Part shown: piece by piece, positions 11,049 to 26,010 of the stretch | Layout of the letters: the number at the start of each line of letters is the position of its first letter | Numbering within the stretch: position 1 is the stretch's first letter | Assembly (NCBI RefSeq): GCF_001194135.2 | Contig: NC_068987.1 | Span: 38,668,905 to 38,732,904 of the forward strand | Direction of reading: 5' to 3' | DNA length: 64,000 nucleotides | From: Octopus bimaculoides | Taxonomy: Eukaryota | Made by a program: the position numbers and the translations under genes | The notes under the pieces: generated by a model | What the model saw: the letters and a program-made list of their open reading frames with translations, nothing else | Database searches by the model: none | What the model was told of the DNA's origin: nothing

Positions 11049-14000
11049 CTGAAGATGGAAAGAAAATGAAAATAAAATACACATAAAGAAAATGAAAAAA
11101 AATAAACATAAAAGAAAATTAAAACAAAATAAACATAAAAGAAAATGAAAACAAAATAAAAAAAGAAAAGAAAATCAAATAATAAACATCAATATAAAAA
11201 TGTGATTTACTATTTAGTTATGACAGGGTGAGTTGTGTGATAGATTCAATAGAACGATGCATTTTTACACTTTGCAGTACTTAATCACAGAAATTTTACC
11301 GAGATTGAATATGTCGATAAAATAAAATATTTAAAGCTATACCAGTCAGATATAAATTTTATTGTAACCAAACTAAACCTTTCTTCCAAAAATGCGTGAC
11401 CTCGTTCCTTTGTTACAAATCTTTATTTAGACACAAGAATGCAGCAGATGATAGAAGTAGTTGAGAAACAGAGAAAATACTTTGTAGTATTTTACCTCTT
11501 TACATAACGCCGAAGTCACCAAAAGGCTTAATTTAGATATCATTATTTCCACTGGAGGCCAATGTCTATAGGGGAAGGTGTAAAATTGATTGACTCGACT
11601 CGAGTGTAATTACCGGTAACTGTTTTGCAAACCAAAAAGGTACTAAGTTCAACGGAAAATCAGATCTAGCTGGGTGTAAGCTCACATATAAAAACGCGAC
11701 GCTAACTGATGCAGAAAAGGGATTCAGATCCTAACTTTTTTCTTTCGATTAATTTAACATTTTTATACAAAACAACGCTCATCAAATTTACAGTGGGTAA
11801 CCGCGTATAGCTGAGATTGACATGAAGAACTACAGGTCTCTGCCATGGAGAGTCAATAAATTTACACACATATTTTGAATTTAAAAGTTTCTCTTGTTTG
11901 AATTTTGGTTGCTCAAAGTTTTCAGGCAAATAAATGTTATATTTTCTTTAGCAAACATTCAGGAACCAATGGAATATCATGAAATCAGTGCCTTTTGGGT
12001 TCAATGTTAGCTTAAGTAATGTCTACTTGCAATTATCGGATCGCCGTAGTTTGCTCTCAAAACTGGATTATTTTAATTGACCATAAATGCCTTATATTTT
12101 CAGAGGAGAGACAATTAGGATTATTTTAATATTCCTAGATTTCCCGTCATCATTAGCGTTGTAAAATGAAGAACTCACTTAAACCAGTCACCTAAACAAA
12201 TCCGAAAACTGTTTCACAAGCTACAAAATTCACTCATCTGTTAGTCTCGGCAGATATTTGTCTCCCACTAGCGATGTAAACAAAAGTGTTTATATGCACC
12301 TAAAGCAAATGGTAACTACCACAGTTTTCTGTGTTCTAACACAGCATCCACTTTTAAGTGGAGACAAAAATTATCTCTTGGTATTAATACTGCCTTTGTC
12401 GCTATGAAGCATTTTTCACGTACAGGTGAAATATTTTGAAGATCTCATGTAAACATAAATTATTATTTACCCAAGAATAAGACATTTGTCCGCTTCTGTT
12501 CAGCAACTGAACTTCGTCAGTTGAGTTACGGGTGAGTATTTCATCAGCTCTGGCAGACAGGTTTTGGTAAATTTGATCTATGTCAAAACCAAGCACACGA
12601 CGACTGGAGCCGTCTGAATTGGAAATGTCAAAGAAATGCTGATAATTTCTCCATGCCTGTGACTGTGAGTATAAAGAAAAGAAAACAGTTAGTTGTGAAA
12701 TAACGTGATCAAGACAATATATTAAGTAATGGTGCTTAATTTTATTTTAACGTTGGTTTTAATCCAAATGCTTTACATATACTGATGGTTTAGCAATTGT
12801 CATTAGTAATGTTAAATTTTACTTTAATATAGAGACTAGCTTCTTGACGATTTTCAGAATTAAAACAGAGTAATTGCTTGTTTTGATTTTCTTATATTTA
12901 TATATGTATATTCTTTGCCAGATTAACGAGAATTTCGTTAACTTTGCATGTCGAATTTAATTCATCTATCGGGTTTGGTACAAGCAACGAAGAAAGCCGT
13001 AAAATAAACAAGTTGAGAGGATCTTGAGTTGAGTTGTTTATTTCTATCGATAACCTATTTCAATAAAACAAGGCGGATGGCAGCCTTCAGCAAAACTGAG
13101 AAGCACAAAATATGTCAAACATCTAATTTGATAACCAGTTATAACATCAGTATTTGCAAACTCTGTATTGAACATTTACGTGTATAAATATCCATAAACG
13201 TATATGTGCCCTTATCATACTTTAATAACAAGCAGAAATATTTTTGATTACAATAGAAACAAAGGGAATTAAGATAACTTATTACTAATGATATTTAATT
13301 TCAGCACTTCGGGTGTGAATATTCTTTATTAGAAAGAAATTCAAATGTTTATATGGTCCAGTAAATTTGCAAGTACAGTATTTATTATTTTTTTTTTTGC
13401 CTATTTACGCTGTTGGAGATTACCTTAATATCTATTTGTTTCAAGTTGCTTTGGGGAGTGTACAAAAGTGCTAATTCAGTATAGGGTTTGATCAAAATAT
13501 TATACATTAATTTTAATAAACTCGCACTACTTACAGTTATAAATCCTACCTCTATATGGTAGGTATTACAGGTAGGACGACTTCGCTATAGATTTTGGAT
13601 TTATTTAGAACATTGTCTAACGAGATTCGATCAAGTATACCTACGGCCTAGAATTCATCACTTTATCTACTAGACTTGATGCAAGTTCCCCTGTAATAAT
13701 TATGAATATTTTACTAGCACGTCTAAAGTTTTGGAATCGACAGTTAAAATTAGCATCATTTTAAAACCCGATGCATGTTAAATCAATTACTTGGGAGAGA
13801 ATGCAAATATCTTGTAACTCTCGCAGTTATAATTAACAATCGTAAAATAGCTTATTACATACCTCAGAATGTCTTTCATATTCGCCAAGGACCACCAATG
13901 CACTAATGAGAAGATCATGAGAGAAACCAGCCGAACGCATGTACCAACCCATTCTAGAACTAGTTCTTGAGTCAATGCTGACATCGTCACGATTGAGAAA

Positions 14001-15317
14001 GGCACTGGGATCAGGGGCTGCATAACCGCGGATCCTGCTTCGAGCCTCATTCACTTCAATAGATAAATAGTCGGTGAGATTTTTTTGTTCAATCTCTATA
14101 ACACATCGTCGAATATCATCCTGGTTGTCGGTCAAGAAAGCACTTTCGAGTTCTGTGCGAAGGAAAGAAAAATGAGTATATTACACAATCCATGTGTATC
14201 TATTGCTGTGTATAAATATAAATATGCACAAACATGTGTGTATGTGTGTCTGTTTATGTATGTATGGGTGTGTGTGTGTGTATGAGTTGTAGGCGCAGGT
14301 TTGGCTGTGTGGTAAGAACTTTTCAACCATATGGTTTCAGGTTTAGTCCCATTGTGTGGCATCTTATATATATGTATATATATATAAATTTATTTTGACC
14401 GAATCAGTCTCTTGCTACTCTGAGTTTCACCTGTAGGTGCACAGGATCTCCAGGCAAGTTGTTACTGGAAAATTGATGGATTTTGCACATTTGTATATAA
14501 TCTTCTAGTCATAAGTTTTGGTGATGGGGAGAAGGTATGATTAAGGGGCGGAAAGGAACAAAACATTTATCCTCCAAATCTTTTTGTACTATTCTATATT
14601 TTGCTTACCATTTTACTATTTTGTCCATCCCTTCCGAACCCTTGCTACTTCAACTACCATGTTATATACAATTTTATTTTTTTCATGGCTTTTCATCATG
14701 TTATTCCTGAATTGTACTTCTTCAAACTCCTGTAATTTCTTCTTTTTCTATTTCTTTTCTCCTTTTCCATTTTCCTTTTCTCTTCCTTCTTTCTTTTTTC
14801 TAATTTTCCTTTTCTGTTTTCTGTTTTCTTTTTCCTTTTTCCCTTTCTTTCTTTCTTTCGTTCTTTTTCCTTTTCTTTTTCCTCCTCTCTTGTTGCTCCT
14901 TTATTTTTCTGCCTATGTTCTTTCTATCATGCTGTTTTCTTTTCTCGCTTTTCTCCCTTTTCCTCCTCTTTTCTTCCCTCTTGTTTTCATTCTCCCCCAC
15001 CTTTGTCATACTTCCCTACTACCACCACCACAACACGTAACTAGAAAATTATATATAAATGGTTGCACACCCATCAATTTTCCAGTAACAACTTGCCTGA
15101 AGATCTTGTGCACCTACAGGTGAAACTCAGAGAAGCAAGAGGCTGCCTCGACCAAAATAAAATATTATTAATCTCTGCCATGGTTTTAAATACTCTTTTT
15201 TCCGACAATCCACNNNNNNNNNNNNNNNNNNNNNNNNNNNNNNNNNNNNNNNNNNNNNNNNNNNNNNNNNNNNNNNNNNNNNNNNNNNNNNNNNNNNNNN
15301 NNNNNNNNNNNNNNNNN

Positions 15318-15370
<53 letters not shown>

Positions 15371-18300
15371 GTATTGTTTTTAATATTTGATATTTCTAGG
15401 GTAACGAGCTGGAAGAATCGTTAGCACACTGGGAAAATGCTGAGCGACATTTTGTCCGTCTTAACCGTTCTGAGTTCAAATGCCGCTGGAGTCAACTTTG
15501 TCTTTCATCTTTCGAGGTCAATAAAATAAGTACCAGATGAGTACTGGTGTCGATGTAATCGACTTACCCACTCCCCCAAAATAGCTGGCCTTGTGTCAAA
15601 ATTTGAAACCAATATATAAATGTCTGTTGGAGAGTTATGCATATACTTAACCGTATTTCAACATTACATCATATGTAATTCTGCTTGTGAATAGGTTTGC
15701 ATCTTTGAGATTGCAGTCTCATTGTAAATGTGACTAACTCTTAGGGAAATAGAAGACAAGATGGATCATGATTATATAGATACTTAGATTCCTAGTCAAT
15801 TCATATACAAAAAAGTATTATATAGCTTAACTGAGCCTATAACCTGCGACAGAATTTACTTAATTTACAGAATTTAGTTTATGTTTTCGTTTAATTGTCT
15901 ATCATCAAGAAATGCGGAACAATTATTAATAATAGAAATGTGGAACAATCGTTAATAATAACGAATCAAGAGTCTAGAGTAACTGTTGCCCTGGTTAATT
16001 AGTTGATGATAAAGATCATAACAAATAGAAACATCTAAATTTATTTGAAATTGAAATTTTCTTACTGTCTTTAATATTCAAAGCATCCAACAATGGTCTG
16101 GCTTTCTGAATTTGAGGTTCCAGATCAGGATGTCTATAAGGCTCAGCATCAGCAATTGCTTTCTCCAACTTAGGTTTGTCCTTATGAATTATTGATGTAT
16201 TTATTTGGTCGAGCAAAGTACCAACCTGCTCGGGTGACAAGCTTCTTGCTAAAAATGTTCAATGAAATAAAGTGAAATAAGAAACTGGAGAAACATATAT
16301 AAATAAACATATACAGGCATACATATAAATAAATAGACAGTTGTTGATTGATATTGTCATTTCTAAATGGAATCTCGTATGTCGAGTTTAATAGATTTAT
16401 ATTTGTATTCGTGAAGGCATTCGCGGAAAGAATGTAGCATGTTAGATCAATGTCTCAGAGTATTTCGTCTTTCCCTCATTATTCTGAGTCCACATGCTCT
16501 CACGGTCAGCTTTATCTTGCATCCTTCATAGGTCAGTTTAAGCATTTGTTGCCTTTACTAAAATTTGTGAGCTTGTGAGTATGTTAGAAATCATAATCAT
16601 TATTGTTTTCATTCATAGACTTTTGCAGCCAGTTAGACTGATACTTATGTTTAGTACGGATACTTATGTTTAGTATCCGTAACGTGATACAGTTGGCAGA
16701 TAAACATATATAGCAGTATTATATGGAGTTGTATGAACTACACAGAACAAGGATTATTGACCAAACAAGGCATAGATTTTCAAATTTGGGGCATAGACAT
16801 TCAAGTGGCATGACATGCCCTCGCCAACTAATTTGGCGCTTCTCCTGCGTATATATTGATGGACTTTAAAATGGAAATATGTTTCTACAAAACTTTACGG
16901 TATCATTTTGTGATGTGAATAAAAATCAAAAGAATGATCTTTTATTCAAACTTTTGATATTTTCGTATCTTTTCACTAGGAATGCAGAATACAGGTCGAT
17001 GAAAGCAAATTGATAAATTTCATAAAAACTAAAAGAAAACAAGGTTAAATTTAATCTGCTAAAAATGCAGTGATTAAGAAGAAAATTCAATATATCCGGC
17101 TACTTTTGCTTTTATTCAAAATATTAATTTCTCTTCATTAACCACAATGAGGAGTTTGTAACGGAGGAGGAGGTATTTTCTGTGCTACTTCTTTGTTTCA
17201 GGAACTGGGGGAAGCAACTTCCGTATAATCATACATATATATGTGTGTGTCTGTGCGGGTGTAGCCGTGCGTATATATCTGTGTGTTTATATAGGTTTGT
17301 ATAATTAGAAAACTGGTAACGAAGGTAATAAAAAGAACTTAAATTACTAACATCTGCTACCACCATCCAAAGAATCGAGAAGGTCTCTGGCTTGCTTTAT
17401 GTTACTGCTTAATTCTGGAGACTTGGCTGCTTCAGCTTCAGCAATAGCACGTTCAAGACCAATAATATCTTTCTGTTTAACAGCATGGTCTAGTTGATCA
17501 CGCAAGACAGATGGAGATTTTGGAGCTAGAAACAAAACAAAAACATTTAAATGATTTATTGGAAAAGTACAAATTTTACATTATCATGAAGGTAAAAAGC
17601 GTTTATCGCAGAACATTTAGATAAAATCCATAAAACACGAAATTTTCAATCGTCCACTGATATCATTTATTTTTTTTACACATGATATGCATTAAATTTG
17701 AACATCATTGCGTAGCAAAAGCGGAAAATAGGCAGCAAGAATGATTTTATTAATCTAAATATCTGACATGTTTATTTGAGTGTATAAGTTGTCTTTGTAA
17801 AAGAATACTAAATATATGTAAGTCCAGCAATTTCAGAGAAGAGGCTAAGTCGATTACATCGACCCCAGTATTCAACTGGTACTTATTTCATCGACCCCAA
17901 AGGGGTGAAAGACAAAGCCGACCTCGGCGGAATTTGAACTCAGAACATAAAGACGAAAGAAATACCGCGAAGAATTTTGTCCGCGAAGACTTTTGATACC
18001 TCGCTGCCTTACTAAACGTATATGATATTTGCATCAACTATAAATAAATAATTTCATCAGGTGACTGATAGGAGTCCTTGGAGAAGTTATAACATTATAT
18101 TACAAAATGTTATGATAATCCTGGGTTCTTCAACAATATTAGAATAAATAGATTTTTGTCAGTTTCAACGAGGAACTGAACTATATGCTGATTCAATCAG
18201 CCTTTAATTAACTAAGAATTACACAGGTTCACACAATCTTAATGCAATCCTCATGCAGAATCAGTATGGCGCAGACTCTGACAAGGTTGAATTATTGGGC

Positions 18301-21300
18301 ACAATCTATCACAAAGGGCTTCCAAACATCTACTTATTTTCACTTACACTTTCACTCATAGGTCCAAAACTATAGCGAAATACACTTTCCCAAGATGCGG
18401 CCAGCAGGATCATCCATGATATACAATTGTTACAGAAGTAAAATTGTTTTAATCAGAAACTAATATCTCATGGTTTCTGTGCATCGGAATATTGTCTCAT
18501 ATTTTATGATTCATGTTAGCATTTTGAAATAACAGTACAATTACGTGGGAAAACTATAGTTGCTTAAATACATTGACTACGTGCCAAAAGCTAATGCTAT
18601 CAATATCAGCGGGACTAAAATCAAAGTTAATACCACTTGGACTTTTAAGCTCAGAACATAAATGAAAAAAAACAAAAAAAAAACAGAACAGAATTGTATT
18701 GTTTCCAACATTCTAACATTGCTATTTTTCAATATAGTATATTATTTTGAAATAATTGCTTACATTATCTCAAAGCCCCCTTAAATCTATATAGAAGAAA
18801 AACAGTATTCCAAACGAACCCGGATATATTTGAATAATACATTGTATATTCGAAGCTAAACATTGCCTAGCACACTTGCGTTCCGTTAAGCATTATTTTT
18901 TCCCTGAGGCCTCTTATTTGACAATAATTATGTTACCTTAGCAAAATAATAATAATAATAAAGAACAGTAAGAGAAAGGCTGACAAATTTGGGAGTGACC
19001 TGGATAGATTACTACGATATGGTACCACATAGCTAGAGCGGAAAAAACCATGGATATGGATATCTATAAAGTGGCAGTTAAGATCAAAGCATTAATCTGT
19101 GGCAGTATGAGACAATGGAACACCAAGTAGCAGCCCATTGGAAAAGTTAGCATAAATCGAGAATTATTTCAGGAAGATAGTTGCTATTCGTTATAGTTCT
19201 CATGCCACTCACTTGTATGTTACAATAGGTAAAGACAGCCTATGATCCGAGGAGAAGCATTGAAAAACCAAACCTTTTACTCTATATAGATGATTTGAAT
19301 TTGTTCACGATAAATGAGGAACAGTTGGACAGTCTAGTAAATAAATTGTGCCTGAATATTTTCTGGAGATATTCGATGGATTTTGGGTTTCCCAAGTGCA
19401 AGGTATTGATTCTGAGGAAAGGAAAATTGGTCCGAAGTGAAGGTATAACAAATGCCAGGAATGAAAATAATAGAATGAAGGAGAGTGCAAGGTGTTAATC
19501 CTTGGGTGAAATGAAGCAGGATAGTTGAGATGACAAAAGCAGATCTACAGATTACAGCAGATCTGTAATACAAGAAAACTATTGACAATGTTTGCTGCCC
19601 ATCAGCCTACCATGTGTCTCTCTTCCCAGACGTATTTCTCCCAGGCAGAGTCAACGAGTAATGTCGACCTGAATTTTTTTTTAGGGATTTGTAGTCTCTA
19701 TGAGAGCCTTTTGCCATTCACACTCCATGTATGGCATTTGTTTGGGATGGGCCCGGACCAAGTGGTATCTACGACTGTATTAGAGTTTTATTTGTCGAGT
19801 ATCTTTCAAAGACGCTTAACTTGTTACCTTGGTTTCCTGAGTAAATAAGAAATGATAAACGAGTGACATAACACAAGTTAAGAATATTGTGGAAAACCAA
19901 CCAACAGATCGGTGGTTTGTATTCTGTCATCACCAAATTGCTGTGGATGTTGTATCTCAAATGGACTAGTTGAAATCGCTAAAGATAAGTACTGCAGCTG
20001 AAATACCATAAAACTGACTGGTTGTTTGTTAGCTACCAAACGTTGAACTCAACCACTCTTGTGGATTTAAAGACGCCTCTCCAATATTAATCAACAAACC
20101 TTAATTCCAAAGATCATCTTATAGCCAATCTGATATAAGGTTTAGTCTTTTCCTCAGATTATGGATTGTGTAGTGTCCAGTGTACAACAACCAATTGCAT
20201 GTTAGACTTACCAGTCAGAGATCCATAACCAGATGGACATTTTTCTCCACTAAATGTTACCATAGATTCCTAAAAAAAAAACAGCAATCCTACCGACTCG
20301 ACCAAGGCTGACTTTCTACTTTATCTTAGACAAAATGATATTGAGAGATACTTACCTTTATGTACACCTCCGATACTATTTAAAGTATCTCTTGCTTGCT
20401 GGATATCTCCCGTCAGTTCTGGATGCCCAGCAGCAACACATTCGCTGATAGCTTTTTCAATAGCATTAGGATCCTTTTGTCTTATGGCAGATTTAAGTTT
20501 GTTCCGCAAAATATCTGGAGACTTTGAACCTGAAAAGGATTTTAAAAATAATCATAGATATATGCAAGGATTAAAAATAAGACTAGAGTTACAGGAAGCT
20601 TACAACTTGATTGACAGTTTTTAAAGTATTCAATTCTCTAACTGATTTCTCTCGTGGTAACAGATAAGACCTAGATTTACTGCAAATGCGGTAAGTGGGA
20701 TTATATGAACGGGTAAGTATATGCATATTCTTAGGAAATCAAATATTTGATGTGAATTTTATTTCTCTGAATGCATTAGTAATGTGAGATATATAAACTT
20801 TATCTAGGAACGGAAACTAAAATGTAATATCAGTCGCTGGGAGTTTAACGCTTGTTATATGATGATTGCACATAAAGATTATAACATTAATTAAAATAAC
20901 GCAATCCTTTTATCACAGTTACAGAAGGATAAAAAGCAAAATTGAACAGGTAGGACATTCAACTTGTAACAAAAATACTGTTACATTATACAATACCAAC
21001 CTCCTCTGAAAATACGCCGCCTTTCAAAAATATTATAGTATAATAAAGGTACAACGATGCAAATTTTGCAGGAACTTTATTTTAACGAATCCAGAATTTT
21101 GAAATGCTATGCTAGCCACTACAGCCCAAAATATTCATATATCCTTTCGTATACATATGGCATTATTATGGCTTGTGTAACTTACCTCCACGACCGCCGC
21201 CTATATTTTCAAGTGCATCTCTGGCTTCTCTAAGGTCATATGATAACTCGGGGTAAGCTGCAGCTTCACATTCCTTGATAGCTTGTTCAAGAGCTGATTT

Positions 21301-21404
21301 GTTCTTCATAGCAACAGCATCATGGAGCATTTTTTTCAGAGATTCAGCAGATTTTGTAGCTATTTGTGAAAGAAGTTAATTCATTAAATGTTTATATACA
21401 CACA

Positions 21405-21453
<49 letters not shown>

Positions 21454-21606
21454 NNNNNNNNNNNNNNNNNNNNNNNNNNNNNNNNNNNNNNNNNNNNNNN
21501 NNNNNNNNNNNNNNNNNNNNNNNNNNNNNNNNNNNNNNNNNNNNNNNNNNNNNNNNNNNNNNNNNNNNNNNNNNNNNNNNNNNNNNNNNNNNNNNNNNNA
21601 TATATA

Positions 21607-21653
<47 letters not shown>

Positions 21654-21695
21654 GCAGGCAGGCAGGTGGGCAGGCAGGCAGGCAGACAGAGAGAC

Positions 21696-21760
<65 letters not shown>

Positions 21761-23017
21761 TACCAGCTTGAACCAAAAGTGTTTTAGAATTGTCAACTTA
21801 TATCTCCATGATATATCATTAACTTACTACAAGTTGTACAATCTTGCTGAATTGTTTATTCTTTATTTTACAGCTTTTATCATGAGTGAAAAAATTGCAA
21901 TTAGAACCATTTCCCCGCTAATTGTGGGGGAAAAGGGCTAAGTGCAAAGGCAGCTGTAAAAGAAATTAACGATGTGGAAGGTCCGAGGATTGTCAACGAA
22001 CATGTGGCAAGAATTGATTCAGATGTTACAAGGAAGGTGACACAAACCAAGGTCAGATATATCTTCTGTTGTGGAAGGTGTAGCTGTACTTGAAATGGTT
22101 GAACAACAGCCAAGTGCAAGCACTCGTACATTGTGAACAGAATTTGATCCTTCACAAAGCGCCATCAATCGACACTTCTATAGGGTTGGCTTTGTGCACA
22201 GAACCTATCGAGAAGCTCCTCATGAACAGATCAATGAGCAGGCTCAACAACGTGTGAACGTTTGCAAACAACTGCTGGAAAATCCTCGAAATACCCGTTT
22301 TTGAAACTGGGATAGAAAAAAATGAATCTATTTTCGTAATCCCAATAAAAGAAATCAACGGCAGTGTTCCAGCTAGGCTTCAAAACCTGTCGTGAAGCAA
22401 GGGCTGTTTGAACAGAAGATTATGTTGTGCTTGGTGAAATTTCGAGGACGGTGGTGGTGTTGCACTTTGAGCTTGTCACAGATGGTCAAACTGTGAACGT
22501 TAACTTTTATGCCCAATACCTGCAGCGAGTATATGACGCTTTGAAAGCTCGCTATCCAGTATTGATCAATCGAGGACATGCACTCCTACAACATGACCAC
22601 GCCCCAAGACATACTGACAATGTGATTACCGAGCGCAAACTTCGGAAAACTGAGGGGCTAGAAATGCTACTTCACCTTGCCTACAACCTGGACCTTGCAC
22701 CATCAGATTACCACCTTTTCCGAATCATGACTCATTTCCTGCACTGATGGATGTTAAAAAATGAGGATGAGAATGAAAACAGGTGCAAGGAGTTATTTTT
22801 TACTTTAAATCAGCCAAATGGTATAAGCACGGAACCGAGCTTCTGGCACAACGATGGCAACAGATAATAGAATATAATGGAATATATTTTGATGAATAAA
22901 TGCTTCTCATATGTAATTTGTTTGAACTATTATTTAAAACTTTTGACTCAACATGTTACACACACACACATGCACACACATATATGCAAATGCATATACG
23001 CGTTCTCTCTCAATCCC

Positions 23018-23064
<47 letters not shown>

Positions 23065-25952
23065 GAGGGAGGGAGAGAGAGAGAGAGAGAAAGAGAGGGA
23101 AGATAGTGGTAAAAAGAAAAGAAAGAGAATTCAATAAGCCAATATACAAAATATACATTTCGTTATTATTTAGCTGTAAAATTACACAAATGAATGCAGT
23201 GAGATTTTTCTGCTAATTAAAATTTCAATTTGGTAAGCGCAGTGCACAAATATCTGCCTTTGAATCACTTATGCAACTTTTATGTGTGTGTGNNNNNNNN
23301 NNNNNNNNNNNNNNNNNNNNNNNNNNNNNNNNNNNNNNNNNNNNNNNNNNNNNNNNNNNNNNNNNNNNNNNNNNNNNNNNNNNNNNNNNNNNNNNNNNNN
23401 NNNNNNNNNNNNNNNNNNNNNNNNNNNNNNNNNNNNNNNNNNNNNNNNNNNNNNNNNNNNNNATACATATATACATACATATTCTTTTATTCTTTTTATT
23501 TTTACCAATTCCTGGTATTTTTATGGTCACGCTAGAATACAGGCATCAGTATGTCTCAATGTATTTCATCGCACGGATTGCTCGCAAATGAGAGATTTTA
23601 ATATCACTGCCCTCATTTTTTGCAAAGTAATAATTTGAGCACATATATGAGGTCACTGGGAGTGCAGGGAAAGAGTTTTAATGCGGAAGGCCCAGTGTGG
23701 CTGGTGACGTTTGAAAGGAAAGAACGGGTATAACAACGAAGATGGGAACAAGGAATATATATGGGATGTTTCTTTCCCGCATCAAGCTGTGGTTGAGGAG
23801 GCTACGTGGGTTGCTTAAAAGAAAAAAATGAGTGAGACTAGGGAAAAACGAAAAGTGTAATATGCAAAATGAGGCAGAGGAGAGCGCAGCTGAGAAGCAG
23901 GATGGTGGAGTCGTAAGTGAGGGAAACTGGATGCAGTGAGTTGGGTTCCGAACGTGGTGTTTAAGAGCTGAAGTGCAGTTGATGGTACAAGTACGGGAAG
24001 GGGCTGCTTGACTAAATATGAGTGGATAAGCACGTCGAATAAATAGACCTGACATGTATTGCAGCTGAATAATGGTAGCAGTTACACAGCCAGCGAAGAC
24101 AGAGGAATATAAAGTAGGAGATGGAGTACATGGTCTGTGGGTGAAGGGAAAGTCGAAGTAGGGTTAGGGTTTCAAGCAGAGAGTGTGAGAATGGAATGGT
24201 CAATAAGACAGTGATCTCGAGGAGTGAAGGAGGTGTAAGAGAAGTGAAATGACGAGAGATAAAACGTGCTGACAGAGAAGAAAGAGTATTGTTCTTCACA
24301 ACAGAGAGAGAGAGAGAGAAAGAGAGAGAGAGTAAGAGAGAAAGAGAGGGGGAAAGTGAAGGGGAAAGAGGAGAGGTAGTATAATAACCGAATAATTCTG
24401 GGCTGGACCCAATAAACTGGGAAATGATTTCGCTCAATGAAGTCAACATATATGTGATGTAGGTGGTAGCCATTCTTGTGCCCATAGTCTTTCCAATGAC
24501 TGTTTCTACATCGTAAAATTAAGGGTGAGAAGAAATCATGCAAAATGAGGAATGCAGAGGAGCTAGCATAGTAGGATGTTCAAGTGTTTTTACTTCAGTA
24601 ATATTTCCGAGAATCTTACCTCCACGTCCGCCTCTCAGAAGGTCCAATTTATCACGAGCTTTTTGTACATCAGATGCCAGTTCTGGAAAACCAGCAGCCG
24701 TAGCGTCTTTGATAGCTCGTTCCAATGCTGGTTCATCTGCTTCTTTCATAGCATATTTCAATGCTTCGCGGACTGATTCAGGAGTTTTTATACCTTTTGT
24801 TGACAAAATATGGTTAAATGTATGACATATGCAATGTACTATGTTATTATGCATATTGTTTTCTTTTGACAAAGTACAGAAACACAATTATAATTCAATA
24901 TATTTTCAAATGAATATTATTTCAGAAATTATTGCAGTAACAGATTTCACCTGAATATATACAAAAAAAACAACAACACAAAAGAATGTTCTATATCTAT
25001 GAAAATAGGAAAATAAACAGTACACACACATAAATTTGTTTTAATACCTGAAAGTAAACAATTTGAATTGTTAATTGTGTATTTCATAATATACAAATAT
25101 AATACTCGAATATAACACTTATACACATTCACGAGCGCGCGCAAACATATATGTATACCGCGGTAAAAAAAATCATCCTTCGATGATTTAAAAGTATAAT
25201 AATTACGCTTTTATTTAATCATGGATGATCAAAGAAAACGCATGTAAAAGCAAAATTGTAAAACATTTTGAACGCACAAAAAACAGCAAAATTATGTAAG
25301 GAAATATTGTTCATCATATGTGAGCTGGTCCCTGTAACAAATGTATTAAGAATGAATTCAATGGTGAAAAGATGCACAGCTTTGCTGTATTAACTCAAAT
25401 AGACTAAGAATCATGATTGTTGTTATTAGTGAATCTATTAAGTCAGGATAAGTCTCAGTGTTTAGCATTAAAGCGTTGCACACACACACACTCACAATCA
25501 CACACATATACACACACTTATACATACATGTATGGAATTATTATGCATAGATAATACATAAATACAATTTTTTCATAAGCATACATATATATATATATGT
25601 ATATGTATCTGTATACACACACACTCACATACACACACATATAATATATATATATATATATTAGAAAAAATAATAAGGTACTCAGAGATCTGGATAGTTG
25701 TACATTTACAGATTCTTATTAATATGTTACATGTTTTTATAAATCATATATACAGCGCTTGCATCTACTCTAATAGATTCTTCAGATTTAAATTTGAAGA
25801 ATCTATTAGAGTAGATGCAAGCGCTAATATATGATTTATAAAAGCATGTGACATATTAATAAAAATCTGTAAATGTACAACCATCCAGATCTCTGGTACC
25901 TTATTATTTTTTCTAATATATAATACCTGTACATCACTTCCAAACCTTCTAA

Positions 25953-26010
<58 letters not shown>

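Noticed and set aside
14584-15123. 179-aa Phe/Leu/Ser-rich ORF that looks like a membrane protein
   Set aside because: Translation of the T/C low-complexity core of the foldback element.
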